DNA of 64,000 bases. It comes from Candidatus Latescibacterota bacterium (GTDB taxonomy: Bacteria; Latescibacterota; UBA2968). The translations under genes were made by a program, and so were the position numbers. Positions 29,374 to 39,878 of the stretch are shown here, in pieces. Position 1 is the stretch's first letter, and every line of letters starts with the position of its first letter. Where the stretch lies: contig JAJEHL010000022.1 of NCBI GenBank assembly GCA_022823725.1, positions 15,881 to 79,880 of the forward strand. Direction: 5' to 3'. Under the pieces are notes generated by a model. That model did no database searches. It saw only the letters and a list, made by a program, of their open reading frames with translations, and was not told the origin of the DNA.

Positions 29374-29479
29374 TGCAGCCTCCTGAATGACATCGCTAAA
29401 ACAGCGGCATCCGAAAGAGGTTGTTTGTTCTCAATATCGCGTGTATTTTTGCAATCTACAACATGGATAGCAAAACAAA

Positions 29480-29539
29480 CTGGATCGCGGCTCAAGCATG
29501 TCCCTGCATGGTTTAAGCAGGGAATCATGCCGCGATGAC
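29480..29539. repeat. REP-like family, copy E (with inner stem-loop insert)
   Basis: CTGGATCGCGGC...TCCCTGC/GCAGGGA...GCCGCGATGAC. Confidence 0.85.
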
Positions 29540-29581
29540 ATGGGTGGATTGCAGTCCTGCAGATTACTACGCGGAGAAATC

Positions 29582-30085
29582 ATGAACAAAGTCACCACAT
29601 ACTACCTCGAAATGAAATCGCCATCTTCTCTCAAAGAAAAAACGGAATCGAACGGATTGCAAGTACACGAATGTGAAATCCAACAATATCAATTTAACAA
29701 ATTCCTATATCAATTCATAGGCGGACCCTATGAATGGACAAACAAACTCTCATGGTCAGATGAACAATGGAAAGCACATGTAGAAAACGGCAACCTGAGA
29801 ACATGGCTTGCCCAGTACAAAGGCGCGCCTGCTGGATACTACGAACTCCAGAAGCAAGACAATGGCAATGTCGAAATCCTCTATTTTGGTCTGGCTACCA
29901 AATTCATCGGCCAGGGCTTTGGGGGGTATCTCTTATCCCATGCAATAAAATCCGCCTGGAAGTGGGGAAAAACAAAAAGAGTATGGGTGCATACCTGTAC
30001 CCTTGATCATCCACATGCACTGCAAAATTACAAATCACGGGGCATGGAAGTCTATCGCGTGGAGACTGATGAACATGAGCCTTAA
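29582..30085 (+). CDS. GNAT family N-acetyltransferase
   Basis: YFGL...FIGQGFGG, VWVHTCTLDHPHAL.NY..RG. Start moved to 29582. Confidence 0.88.
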   Translation: MNKVTTYYLEMKSPSSLKEKTESNGLQVHECEIQQYQFNKFLYQFIGGPYEWTNKLSWSDEQWKAHVENGNLRTWLAQYKGAPAGYYELQKQDNGNVEILYFGLATKFIGQGFGGYLLSHAIKSAWKWGKTKRVWVHTCTLDHPHALQNYKSRGMEVYRVETDEHEP

Positions 30086-30130
30086 GTAGTGATCGCTCAA
30101 TGTCATACCGTGATGACAACCAAAAACCTT

Positions 30131-30188
30131 CTGGATTGCGGCTCAAGCATGCCTGCCCCTGTATGATTTAAGCAGGGGCCGCAATGAC
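30131..30188. repeat. REP-like family, copy F (with inner insert)
   Basis: CTGGATTGCGGC...GCCCCTG/CAGGGGC...CGCAATGAC. Confidence 0.8.
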
Positions 30189-30211
30189 AATCAAAACCTT
30201 AAGGAGAACCC

Positions 30212-30946
30212 ATGAGACTGGAAAACAAAAACATCGTCGTAACGGGCGGTGCATCGGGCATAGGACAGGCGGCAGCGCGGTGCTGTGCCCGGGAAGGCGC
30301 GCGCGTAGCCGTCGTCGATCTGGACGGAGCAGGCGTGGAAAGCACAGTTCGAGAAATCGAAAACTCAGGTGGGAATGCAGCGGGATTTCAGACAGACATA
30401 AAAGAAGAAACGCAGGTACGCGCACTCTTTGAAAACATCGGCAACACCTTCGGACACATCGATGGCTTAATCAACGCCGCTGGCATCCTTGAAGGCGCCT
30501 TTGTACCCATTGATGAATTTGATGAATTCACCTGGGACAGGGTCATAGACATCAATCTAAAAGGAAGTTTTCTCGTCTCAAAATACACCGTACCACTAAT
30601 GGAAAAAGCTGGCAAAGGCGTCATCGTACTCATCGCCTCTGGCGCAGGCGTCAAAGGTGGCAGCTCATCCGTCGCCTATGGCTCCAGCAAAGGCGGTGCC
30701 CACGGCCTCTCCCTCGTCTTGGCAGCCCAGCTGGGCAACCGCAACATCCGCGTCCACGGCGTATGCCCGGGCGGCATTGAAACACCGCTCAAAATGCGCG
30801 TTGTACAAAAACAAGCCGACGCCTCAGGGCGCGATGTCTCACGCATGGCAGCCGGACTCGGCGACCCCGAAGGCGTGGGTAAAATACTATCCTTCCTCGT
30901 ATCTGACGAAGCCGATTATCTTCGCGGCAGCATCTTCACGCGATAG
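30212..30946 (+). CDS. SDR family oxidoreductase
   Basis: TGGASGIG, NAAG, YGSSK. Confidence 0.92.
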   Translation: MRLENKNIVVTGGASGIGQAAARCCAREGARVAVVDLDGAGVESTVREIENSGGNAAGFQTDIKEETQVRALFENIGNTFGHIDGLINAAGILEGAFVPIDEFDEFTWDRVIDINLKGSFLVSKYTVPLMEKAGKGVIVLIASGAGVKGGSSSVAYGSSKGGAHGLSLVLAAQLGNRNIRVHGVCPGGIETPLKMRVVQKQADASGRDVSRMAAGLGDPEGVGKILSFLVSDEADYLRGSIFTR

Positions 30947-30957
30947 GAGACCAGACC

Positions 30958-31821
30958 ATGCGCTTAGGTGTTGTAGGCCTTTTGCCCAGAGATTTTCGCA
31001 CCCTTGAATCGCCACATCTTCAAACCATCCAGGACCTCGGATTCACCGGCGGAGCCTTTCACTTTCCCGCAGAACTATGCGAAGAAATCACAACCGCCGA
31101 CACAGACCGCTGTCGCACACTCTTTGCCGATCACAACCTCGACCTCGCACAATTCTCCATCACATACCCCGAATGCCTCTTTGATCCCGATCCAGAAATC
31201 CGAAACGCAATCATCCGAAAAATCAAAAAAGGAACAGAAATCGCCGCGGGCCTATCTGCACAAACCTATCTCCTGCGACCGGGCAGCCGAAACCCCGCCG
31301 GAAGCTGGACACCCCACCGCCACAACCACACGCCGGAAGCGTGGGATCACCTCATTGAAACCCTGCGAAAAATCGCCCCCATCCTCGAACAAAACGGCGT
31401 CACAGTCGTCATGGAAACCCACCTCGTCTCCATCCTCAAAAACCCGGAAACCTGCCGCAAAATGGTCGAAAGCGTCGGATCGCCCAACCTGCGCCTGGTC
31501 ATGGACTACGTCAACCACTTTGAAACCCTGAGCCAAGTCTATGATAGCACCGACCGCCTGGACCACATCTTTTTCCAAATGGGTGCCTATTCCCCGGTCA
31601 TGCACATCAAAGATATATCCATCGGCAAAGGACTCGTCATCCACCTCGACGAAACCGTACCCGGCAAAGGCGAACTCGACCTCGCCCACTGTTTCCAACA
31701 TTTCCAGAACCACCACCCCAACAACTACGGCCTCATCGAACACCTCAAACCCGACCTCATACCCGAAGCTGCATCCAACACCCGCGCCATCGCCACCCGC
31801 GCTGGTGTTCCGATAACATAA
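30958..31821 (+). CDS. Sugar phosphate isomerase/epimerase (TIM barrel)
   Basis: METH, MDYVN, HIKD, PGKGELD, LIEH. Confidence 0.85.
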   Translation: MRLGVVGLLPRDFRTLESPHLQTIQDLGFTGGAFHFPAELCEEITTADTDRCRTLFADHNLDLAQFSITYPECLFDPDPEIRNAIIRKIKKGTEIAAGLSAQTYLLRPGSRNPAGSWTPHRHNHTPEAWDHLIETLRKIAPILEQNGVTVVMETHLVSILKNPETCRKMVESVGSPNLRLVMDYVNHFETLSQVYDSTDRLDHIFFQMGAYSPVMHIKDISIGKGLVIHLDETVPGKGELDLAHCFQHFQNHHPNNYGLIEHLKPDLIPEAASNTRAIATRAGVPIT

Positions 31822-31860
31822 AAAAACGGCGTCCGAGCAATGGGTCGGACGCCGCAAAAA
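31821..31860. terminator. Terminator hairpin between convergent genes
   Basis: CGGCGTCCGA / TCGGACGCCG flanked by A-runs. Confidence 0.7.
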
Positions 31861-31996
31861 ACAAGTCAATTCGGAAAAATCCAGCGTTTTTTCCACTCCC
31901 GCATCATGTGAAAATGCTGCTGCACCTTATTATAACGGCGCAAAATCTCGAGCACCTTTAACCGTAAAATATATTTCTGTTCCATAACGCCTCCTC

Positions 31997-33391
31997 TCAA
32001 GTACTCCTATCGCCTTCCCGATACCGATCCAAAATCCCCAGCAATTCTTCCACCACCTCTGACTTTTCACAGAACAAATTATTCTGCTCCTCCGGATCAG
32101 AAGCCATATCGTAAAGCTGCATTGGCGGTGCATCTTCTGGCACATCTGCCTCTCTCAAACTCCAGCCCCCTGAACCGCGACACGCCACCAGCTTCCACTC
32201 ATCTTTGCGAATCGCAAACTCCCCGCTAATCGAATGATGCACCGTCGCCTCCCGAATCGTCGTCTCCTGATCCCCCTGCATATACGGCAAAATATCATAA
32301 CTATCCTCCCCCGCATCCCTCGGCAAATCCACATCGCAAATCCCCGCTACAGTCGCCAGCAAATCCGTCAAACACACCGTCTTATCACAACGCGACCCCG
32401 GTTCAATCGCCCCGGGCCACGAAGCGATAAACGGAATGCGATGCCCACCATCCCACGCATCGGACTTCTGCCCCCGATAAATATAATTCCCCAGATGATC
32501 GTACTTCTCCTTCAACCCTATCGGCTCTTCGTGACAGCCATTATCGCTCGTCACAACAATCAGCGTATCATCCGCCAACCCATTGCGTTTAACCGCCGCC
32601 AAAATGCGCCCAACACTCCAATCGTGTTCCGTCACATAATCCCCGTATTCCCCTGCCTGGCTCCGCCCTGCAAAACGCCCCCGTGCAAAATGCGGCGTAT
32701 GCGGCGAAGGCGCGGGAAAATACAAAAAGAACGGCTTATCCCCATTCTCCTTCGCGTGCTGATTGATAAACCCCTCGGCGCGAATCGTCAGCTCCAGCAA
32801 ACACGTATCATGCATAAACCCGGGCGCACACGCACCCCCGCGCCAAAATTCTGGCCTCGGCGAATCCGCAGTCTCCTCAAGCGGTTGCTCCACCACCACC
32901 CCATCTTCAATATAACAATATGGCGCCATATCCAGCGACGCCGGAATAATAAACGAATAATCAAACCCCACCGTATGGGGACCATCTGACAACGGCGCAG
33001 AAAAATCCACCGACTCCCCATTCGCCCTCTCCGCCCCATCCCCAACCTGCCAGCCCAAGCCCAAATGCCACTTGCCCACACACGCCGTCGTATAACCCTC
33101 ATCGCGCAACAGCGACGGCACAGTCATCCGCCCCTCTTCAATCAACGGCTCAGAATACCCATTCAAAACCCCGCGCTTCAACCGCGACCGCCAGCAATAG
33201 CGCCCCGTCATCACCCCGTACCGCGTGGGCGTACACACCGCAGAATTACTATGTGCATCCGTAAAAATCATCCCCTCAGACGCGAGTTGATCCGTATGCG
33301 GCGTAGGAATCTTCGAATCGGGATTCAAACAACTCACATCTCCGTATCCCCAGTCATCGGCCAACAGGTAAATAATATTTGGCTTGCGCAT
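31997..33391 (-). CDS. Arylsulfatase (Cys-type)
   Basis: PNIIYLLADDWGYGD, CTPTR, GKWHLG, SDNG, GGHRIP. Start moved to 33391. Confidence 0.95.
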   Translation of the reverse strand: MRKPNIIYLLADDWGYGDVSCLNPDSKIPTPHTDQLASEGMIFTDAHSNSAVCTPTRYGVMTGRYCWRSRLKRGVLNGYSEPLIEEGRMTVPSLLRDEGYTTACVGKWHLGLGWQVGDGAERANGESVDFSAPLSDGPHTVGFDYSFIIPASLDMAPYCYIEDGVVVEQPLEETADSPRPEFWRGGACAPGFMHDTCLLELTIRAEGFINQHAKENGDKPFFLYFPAPSPHTPHFARGRFAGRSQAGEYGDYVTEHDWSVGRILAAVKRNGLADDTLIVVTSDNGCHEEPIGLKEKYDHLGNYIYRGQKSDAWDGGHRIPFIASWPGAIEPGSRCDKTVCLTDLLATVAGICDVDLPRDAGEDSYDILPYMQGDQETTIREATVHHSISGEFAIRKDEWKLVACRGSGGWSLREADVPEDAPPMQLYDMASDPEEQNNLFCEKSEVVEELLGILDRYREGDRST

Positions 33392-33473
33392 AAGACAAAC
33401 TCCCTTCATTATGTCTATTCAAAAGCTACAAAAATCATGATCATCGACCACTATAATACACCCATCCAATACT

Positions 33474-34511
33474 ATGACACAACCTCATTTTCTCCAAACA
33501 CTCCAGCGCTCTAATTCCAACCCCCTCTTAACCATCGACGACATCACCTGGGATTTTAAAAAAAGGCGATCCATCATGTTTCCCAGCGTCATCGACATGA
33601 GTGACAAACTGGACAACCCCATTGATCGCTACTACATGTATCTCGCCTCACACGGCGGCAGAGAAATCGGCTTTGCAACCGCGCCAACGCTCGAAGGCCC
33701 CTGGACAATGCAAAAAGAAGCCGTCCTCCACCTCGACAATTGCCCCGCCATCAAGGGCCACCTCAGCTCGCCCGAAATCATTTATTGCAACAACCGCTTC
33801 ATCCTCTACTACCACGGCAACTGTCCGGCAGAAGTGCTCGAAGAACAAAACCGCCGAATGCCCACCCACTATTATCGCCGCATTCAAAACTCAGGCGCAG
33901 CCACTTCAACCGATGGCATCCACTTTGATGTACATCCCAACAACCTCCTCTTGCCCATCACCACACCCGATCATTGGCGCGCAGCCACCAACATGTATCT
34001 GCGCGTCGTACCCACAGAAAACGGATGCCACGGCTTCTTTATGACCATGAGCCGCGAAGAAGCTGATTACAATGGTGAAACCAAAAAACTTCCCAAAGAA
34101 CAACAGGCAGGTCGCCCCCATCCCACAAGCATTGGACACGCCTATTCACCCGACGGATTAGATTGGACGATTGATGAAACCGGTGCCATCCTCACCGCCG
34201 AAGAAATATATGGAGAACACCAGCGCATTCGCCATATTGGATGCACGCGCATCGACGACACACACATCCTGGCGACCTATTCTTGCTTTGCCAACACCGA
34301 TGCAACCTTTGAAAGCATCTTCGCTGCCACATTGCAAATCAACGGCCAGGCGGTACGCCTTGTTCACAAACACGGTACAATTCTAACACCTCAGGGAGAA
34401 TGGGAAAAGCAAAATGTGCGCGACCCCTTTCCCATATTTCACGATAAAAAACTCTATCTCTATTACGCTGGTGGCGGAGAAAAAGGCATTGGACTGGCTA
34501 TCAGCGCGTAA
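33474..34511 (+). CDS. Five-bladed beta-propeller glycoside hydrolase-like protein (GH43/32/130 clan-like)
   Basis: YYMYLASH, SSPEII, YSPDGLDW, VRDPFP, LYLYYAG repeats. Confidence 0.55.
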   Translation: MTQPHFLQTLQRSNSNPLLTIDDITWDFKKRRSIMFPSVIDMSDKLDNPIDRYYMYLASHGGREIGFATAPTLEGPWTMQKEAVLHLDNCPAIKGHLSSPEIIYCNNRFILYYHGNCPAEVLEEQNRRMPTHYYRRIQNSGAATSTDGIHFDVHPNNLLLPITTPDHWRAATNMYLRVVPTENGCHGFFMTMSREEADYNGETKKLPKEQQAGRPHPTSIGHAYSPDGLDWTIDETGAILTAEEIYGEHQRIRHIGCTRIDDTHILATYSCFANTDATFESIFAATLQINGQAVRLVHKHGTILTPQGEWEKQNVRDPFPIFHDKKLYLYYAGGGEKGIGLAISA

Positions 34512-34547
34512 TTGTTTGTGGTATTCATTATATAACACGAGGTCTCC

Positions 34548-35993
34548 ATGTCCGACAAACCAAACATCCTCTGGATCTGCACCGACCAGCAACGCTTTGA
34601 CACCCTCGGCTGTTATGGCAACCCCTTTGTCCACACCCCCAACCTGGATCGCCTCGCCGAACAAAGCGTCCTCTTTGAATACGCCTTCTCTCAAAGCCCC
34701 GTCTGCACGCCCAGCCGGTCCAGCTTCCTCACAGGACGCTACCCGCGCACCACGCGCTGCCGACAAAACGGCCAATCCATACCCGGCGACGAAATCCCCG
34801 TCACCAAACTGCTTCACGACGCCGGATACGTATGTGGCCTATCCGGCAAACTCCACATCTCGGTCTGCAACCCCAGCGCGTGTCACGGCACAGAACGCCG
34901 CATAGACGACGGCTATGACCAATTCTTCTGGTCGCACGACCCGGCCCCCAGATGGCCCACCAATGACTATCACCAGTGGTTGCGCGACAAGGGCCTGACG
35001 CGCGATGTCCAGCCCTTCTCCGACTCCCGATACGTACAGACACTCCCCTCAGAAGAACACAGCCAGACCACCTATTGCATCCAGCGCGCCATCACCTTCA
35101 TCCGCCGATGCGCTGAAGAAAACATGCCCTGGACCTTCTCCCTCAATCCCTTTGACCCGCATCACGCCTTTGATCCCCCGCGCGAAGACCTCGAACGCTA
35201 CCGCGATATAATCGACGACATACCTTTGCCCAACTACGTTGAAGGCGAACTCCATGACAAACCCCTCTGGCAACGCATCGATCACGGCGGCTCCTACGGC
35301 GGCAAAGGCATGTATGCGTACGACCAAATGACCGATACCGATCACCGCTGGGTCACCGCGGCGTACTGGGCCATGGTCGATGTCATCGACCGCCAGATCG
35401 GCCACCTGCTCGACTGCCTTGAAGAAACCGGACAGCGCGACAACACCTATATCATCTTCACCTCTGACCACGGCGAAATGCTCGGCGACCACGGCATCTA
35501 CCTCAAAGGCCCCTTCTTCTACGAACCCGCTGTGCGCGTCCCCCTCCTCATCTCAGGACCCAACCTTCGCAACGACGGCTCGCGGTCATCTGCACTCGTC
35601 GAACTCGTTGACCTCGCGCCCACCATCCTCGAATGGGTCGGCCTCGACCGCCAGCCTGCCATGCAGGGCCGCACCCTCCAACCCCTCCTGAAAGGCGACA
35701 CGCCCCTCGATCAGCACCGCGACGACATCTACTGCGAATACTACAACGCCATGCCAGGTCATAAAAATCCGCCAGCTCATGCCACCATGGTACGCACCGA
35801 CCGCTACAAACTCGTCGCTGCACACGGCACGGGCAGCGGCGAACTCTACGACCTCGAAACCGACCCCAATGAAACGCACAACCAGTGGAACAACCCCAAC
35901 TATACCGCCGTAAGACTCGACCTCATGACCCGCCTTGCCGACCGCATGGCCTGGACCGTTGATCCCCTGCCCCCGAGAGAAGCAGGGTTTTAA
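34548..35993 (+). CDS. Sulfatase (Cys-type)
   Basis: PNILWICTDQQR, CTPSR, GKLH, SDHGEMLGDHG. Confidence 0.95.
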   Translation: MSDKPNILWICTDQQRFDTLGCYGNPFVHTPNLDRLAEQSVLFEYAFSQSPVCTPSRSSFLTGRYPRTTRCRQNGQSIPGDEIPVTKLLHDAGYVCGLSGKLHISVCNPSACHGTERRIDDGYDQFFWSHDPAPRWPTNDYHQWLRDKGLTRDVQPFSDSRYVQTLPSEEHSQTTYCIQRAITFIRRCAEENMPWTFSLNPFDPHHAFDPPREDLERYRDIIDDIPLPNYVEGELHDKPLWQRIDHGGSYGGKGMYAYDQMTDTDHRWVTAAYWAMVDVIDRQIGHLLDCLEETGQRDNTYIIFTSDHGEMLGDHGIYLKGPFFYEPAVRVPLLISGPNLRNDGSRSSALVELVDLAPTILEWVGLDRQPAMQGRTLQPLLKGDTPLDQHRDDIYCEYYNAMPGHKNPPAHATMVRTDRYKLVAAHGTGSGELYDLETDPNETHNQWNNPNYTAVRLDLMTRLADRMAWTVDPLPPREAGF

Positions 35994-36006
35994 GAAGGAG
36001 AATTTC

Positions 36007-37791
36007 ATGCCCGAAACACAACCGCGACCCGAACACCCCCGTCCGCAATTTCAGCGCACCACATGGCTAAACCTCAACGGCACCTATAACTTCGCCATTG
36101 ACACTGGACAATCCGGTGAAGCCAAAGACTGGCCCCAAAATCCCGCTGAATTAAACCGCGCCATCACCGTGCCTTTCTGCCCGGAATCCAGCCTCTCGGG
36201 CATACAACACACGGACTTCATGCCCTCGGTCTGGTATCACCGCACCCTCGACATCCCCGACGAATGGACGGACAAACGCGTACTCCTGCACTTCGGCGCG
36301 GTCGATTACCACTGCAAAGCCTGGGTCAATGGTCAGCTCATAGGGCAGCATTACGGCGGCAGTTCATCCTTCACTTATGACATCACAGACGCGCTCACGT
36401 CTAACGCAAACCACCTCGTCGTCTGCGCCAATGACGACACGCGCTCAGGCGACCAGCCATCGGGCAAACAATGCCCTGACCTCTACTCCCGCGGCTGCCA
36501 CTACACCCGCGTCACGGGAATATGGCAAACCGTCTGGCTCGAAGCCGTACCCGAGTCGCGCATCGAAACTGTGCGCATCGTACCCGACCTCGACAGCAGC
36601 CGCTTTGTACTCACTCCCACATTCAAAAACGCACACCGCGGACACATCTTTCGCGCCGTCCTCCTCAACGGCAAAGAAGAAGTCGCAGTCTCCACCATGC
36701 CCGCCACGAGCGGTACAGCCATGTCCCTGCGCATCAAAAACCCGCAACCCTGGTCGCCAGATAATCCCCACCTCTACGACCTCCGCTTTGAGCTCCGAGA
36801 CGGCGACACCACCATCGACGCCGTCAACAGCTATGCCGGACTGCGAAAATTTCACATCGAAGGCCACAAATTCTACCTCAACAACACCCCCATCTTCCTG
36901 CGCCTTGTACTGGACCAGGGATTCTATCCCAACGGAATATGGACTGCCCCATCCGACGACATGCTCAAAGCCGACATCGAAAAATCGCTCGCCGTCGGCT
37001 TCAACGGCGCGCGCCTCCACCAGAAAGTATTCGAAGAACGCTTTCACTACTGGGCGGACAAACTCGGCTATCTCACCTGGGGCGAATACTGCGATTGGGG
37101 CATGAACTTCGGCTCACCCCAATCCATACACAACCAGCAGCGCGAATGGCGCGAAATCGTCCAACGCGACCTCAACCACCCCTCTATCCTCGCGTGGACC
37201 CCATACAACGAAACCCGGGGCGGCGCGACCAACCACTTTGAAGCGCACCGTCGGGCCGTGCAGGAAACATACGACCTCACCAGAGCACTCGATCCCTCTC
37301 GCCCCTGCCACGACACCAGCGGCTACGTACATGTCTGCACGGACATCTACACCGTACACGACTACGAACAGGACCCCGTCAAATTCAAAGCAACTTACGC
37401 ACCCGTATCCCCCGACGACTGGGAAAACACACCCATCCGCTTCCCCGAACTGAGCGCGCCCTATCAGGGCCAACCCTACGTCGTCGATGAGTACGGCGGC
37501 ACATGGTGGGATCCCAATGCCGTCGAAACAGAACAAGCCGCAGACCGCAAAAGTAGCTGGGGCTATGGCAAACGCCCCACCGACATCGAAGAAGTGTATC
37601 ACCGCATCGAAAAACTCACAGCAATACTCCTCAACCACCCCAACATCGCGGGGTATTGCTACACCCAACTCACCGACATCGAACAAGAACAAAACGGCAT
37701 CTACACATACGACCGCCGGGAAAAATTCGACGCAAAACGCCTGAAAAAATACTTCGGCGCTCCGGCGGCTATTGAACGAATAGACGAATAG
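36007..37791 (+). CDS. Glycoside hydrolase family 2
   Basis: LHFGAVD, TGIWQTVWLE, LVLDQG, WTPYNE (acid/base), DEYGG (nucleophile). Start moved to 36007. Confidence 0.9.
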   Translation: MPETQPRPEHPRPQFQRTTWLNLNGTYNFAIDTGQSGEAKDWPQNPAELNRAITVPFCPESSLSGIQHTDFMPSVWYHRTLDIPDEWTDKRVLLHFGAVDYHCKAWVNGQLIGQHYGGSSSFTYDITDALTSNANHLVVCANDDTRSGDQPSGKQCPDLYSRGCHYTRVTGIWQTVWLEAVPESRIETVRIVPDLDSSRFVLTPTFKNAHRGHIFRAVLLNGKEEVAVSTMPATSGTAMSLRIKNPQPWSPDNPHLYDLRFELRDGDTTIDAVNSYAGLRKFHIEGHKFYLNNTPIFLRLVLDQGFYPNGIWTAPSDDMLKADIEKSLAVGFNGARLHQKVFEERFHYWADKLGYLTWGEYCDWGMNFGSPQSIHNQQREWREIVQRDLNHPSILAWTPYNETRGGATNHFEAHRRAVQETYDLTRALDPSRPCHDTSGYVHVCTDIYTVHDYEQDPVKFKATYAPVSPDDWENTPIRFPELSAPYQGQPYVVDEYGGTWWDPNAVETEQAADRKSSWGYGKRPTDIEEVYHRIEKLTAILLNHPNIAGYCYTQLTDIEQEQNGIYTYDRREKFDAKRLKKYFGAPAAIERIDE

Positions 37792-37913
37792 ACGAACCCC
37801 GCCCCACCACCCAAAACCTCTGGATTGCGGCTTAAAGCATGCCGCAATGACGATGGATAGGATTGATCGCTGATTTTTGACCACTGACCGTTGATTCGTT
37901 GATTCGTTGATTC
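37778..37913. repeat. REP-like family, long copy G, with (GAATAGAC)n and (GTTGATTC)x3 tandem units
   Basis: Matches B, D and H; (GTTGATTC)x3 at 37890-37913. Confidence 0.9.
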
Positions 37914-37933
37914 GCGCTTTTACAGGAGACCCC

Positions 37934-39862
37934 ATGGACCCCCGATGGCAAAACCTCCCGCACACCAACACCGAATTCGCGCCCGCAACATATCCCGACC
38001 GCGAAACCTGGGAAAGAGAAAAGGCGAGACTCAAAAAGCAGATCCTCTTTGCCTCTGGACTCTGGCCAATGCCCAAAAAGCCCCCGCTCGACATCCACAT
38101 CTACGACCGCATTGAACGAGACGGGTACACCATCGAAAAAGCCTATTTCCAGAGCTTGCCCAACTTCTACGTGGGCGGCAGCCTCTTTCGCCCCCTCAAC
38201 TCACAACCCAAAAGCCACCCCGGCATCTTAAGCCCACACGGGCATGCACAACAGGGCCGCATACAACACGGGGACACATCCTATCCGGGCCGGGGCATCA
38301 CCTTTGCCCGAATGGGCTGCACAGCCTTCATGTGGGACATGGTCGATTACAACGACAGTGCCCGACATCTCTCCGGCGCATACCAGGAAGAAACCTACGG
38401 TATCGTACACCGCGCACCCTGGCCCCACGAACAAGACAACCGCATGCTCTGGAACATCGGCATCCTCGGTTTTCAACTCTGGAACAGCATCCGCGCACTC
38501 GACTTCCTCTGCGAACTCCCCGAAGTCGATACCAACCGCCTGGGTTGCACCGGTGAATCGGGCGGAGGCACCCAAACCTATAACCTCTACGCCGTTGACG
38601 ACCGCCTGCACGTCGCCGCACCCGTCTGCATGGTCTCCGCCTACATGCAAGGCGGCTGTGTCTGTGAAAATGCCCCCCTCCTGCGCATTGACACCAACAA
38701 CGTCGATATCGGCGCCACCTTCGCGCCCAAACCCCTCATCCTCGTCAGTTCCTCACAGGACTGGACACAACACACCCCCGACGTCGAATACCCCGCCATC
38801 AAACGCATATACGACCTCTACGACGCCAGTGACCACATCTCTCAAATCCAGATTGACGCGCCCCACGGCTACAACCTCGAAATGCGCGAAGCCGTGTACC
38901 GCTGGTTCGCCCGCTGGCTCGACCTGCCCTATGGCGACGACTTCCGCGAACCGCCCTTTGAAATCGAAGAACACAAAGACATGCTCGCCTTTTTCGATGG
39001 CCTGCCCGACGGCGCGATCACCCAACACGAAGACCTCATCCGCCAGTGCATCGACGCATCCAGAACAACACTGGAAACCCATCGCCCAAACACACCCGAC
39101 GCACTCGCCAAAAATCGACGCACCCTGGGCGAAGCACTGCGCATAACCGTCGGCTACGACGACAGCACCATCACTTATGAACACAACGCCAAAGAAAACG
39201 GAACCCTGATCGGCGACCGCCGCAATGTACGCGTCCCCATCCGCACCTTCACACCCGAATCTCCATCCGGCACATCCACCCTCTTAATTCACCCACAAGG
39301 CATGGACGCCCTGTACTCACCTCTCATCCAGGCCCTCCTCGACAAAGGTCAAACCGTCTATGCCATAGACCCCTTTGGCACGGGCCAAAACATCGGCGAA
39401 GAAAACCCCGAAGAACCGCGCGGAGGCGGGAACTTCTTCAACACCTTTAACCGCACCGACGATGCCGAGCGCATATACGACATCGCACTCGCATTGCGCC
39501 ACATCCCCGGTGGTCGGGTAAACATCGTCGGCTTTGGCAATGCCGGACTCTGGACCATAATCGCAGGTGCAATCACAGAACGCACCGATCTGCAAATCGC
39601 ATCCGACATCGGCGCATTCAACACCACAACAGAGAACGACTACCTCAAACGCCTGCCCATCCCCGGCATACTCAAAGCGGGAGGCTTGCCCAACGCCGCC
39701 GCGCTCATCGCCCCAAATAACTTGCTCTTACACAACACGGGCGATACCTTCGACACATCCTGGGCAGAAGCGGCCTATGCACTTTATCCCGAAGCGACCC
39801 TGACAGTAAAAAATGACCTTGCAAAAAACGAGGATTTAATCAATTTTTTGTGCGAAAAATAA
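37934..39862 (+). CDS. Two-domain alpha/beta hydrolase (acetylxylan/glucuronoyl esterase-like)
   Basis: SPHGH, TGESGGGTQT nucleophile elbow, PHGY; degenerate second hydrolase domain. Start moved to 37934 (RBS AGGAG). Confidence 0.75.
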   Translation: MDPRWQNLPHTNTEFAPATYPDRETWEREKARLKKQILFASGLWPMPKKPPLDIHIYDRIERDGYTIEKAYFQSLPNFYVGGSLFRPLNSQPKSHPGILSPHGHAQQGRIQHGDTSYPGRGITFARMGCTAFMWDMVDYNDSARHLSGAYQEETYGIVHRAPWPHEQDNRMLWNIGILGFQLWNSIRALDFLCELPEVDTNRLGCTGESGGGTQTYNLYAVDDRLHVAAPVCMVSAYMQGGCVCENAPLLRIDTNNVDIGATFAPKPLILVSSSQDWTQHTPDVEYPAIKRIYDLYDASDHISQIQIDAPHGYNLEMREAVYRWFARWLDLPYGDDFREPPFEIEEHKDMLAFFDGLPDGAITQHEDLIRQCIDASRTTLETHRPNTPDALAKNRRTLGEALRITVGYDDSTITYEHNAKENGTLIGDRRNVRVPIRTFTPESPSGTSTLLIHPQGMDALYSPLIQALLDKGQTVYAIDPFGTGQNIGEENPEEPRGGGNFFNTFNRTDDAERIYDIALALRHIPGGRVNIVGFGNAGLWTIIAGAITERTDLQIASDIGAFNTTTENDYLKRLPIPGILKAGGLPNAAALIAPNNLLLHNTGDTFDTSWAEAAYALYPEATLTVKNDLAKNEDLINFLCEK

Positions 39863-39878
39863 AAACAGGAAAACAACC

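Noticed and set aside
13677-37913. Short tandem units (TTCATCTGCG, GAATAGAC, GTTGATTC) as DGR, iteron or phase-variation signals
   Set aside because: No reverse transcriptase, TR/VR pair or rep gene in the window. The units lie at gene ends, not within reading frames or promoters where slippage would switch expression.
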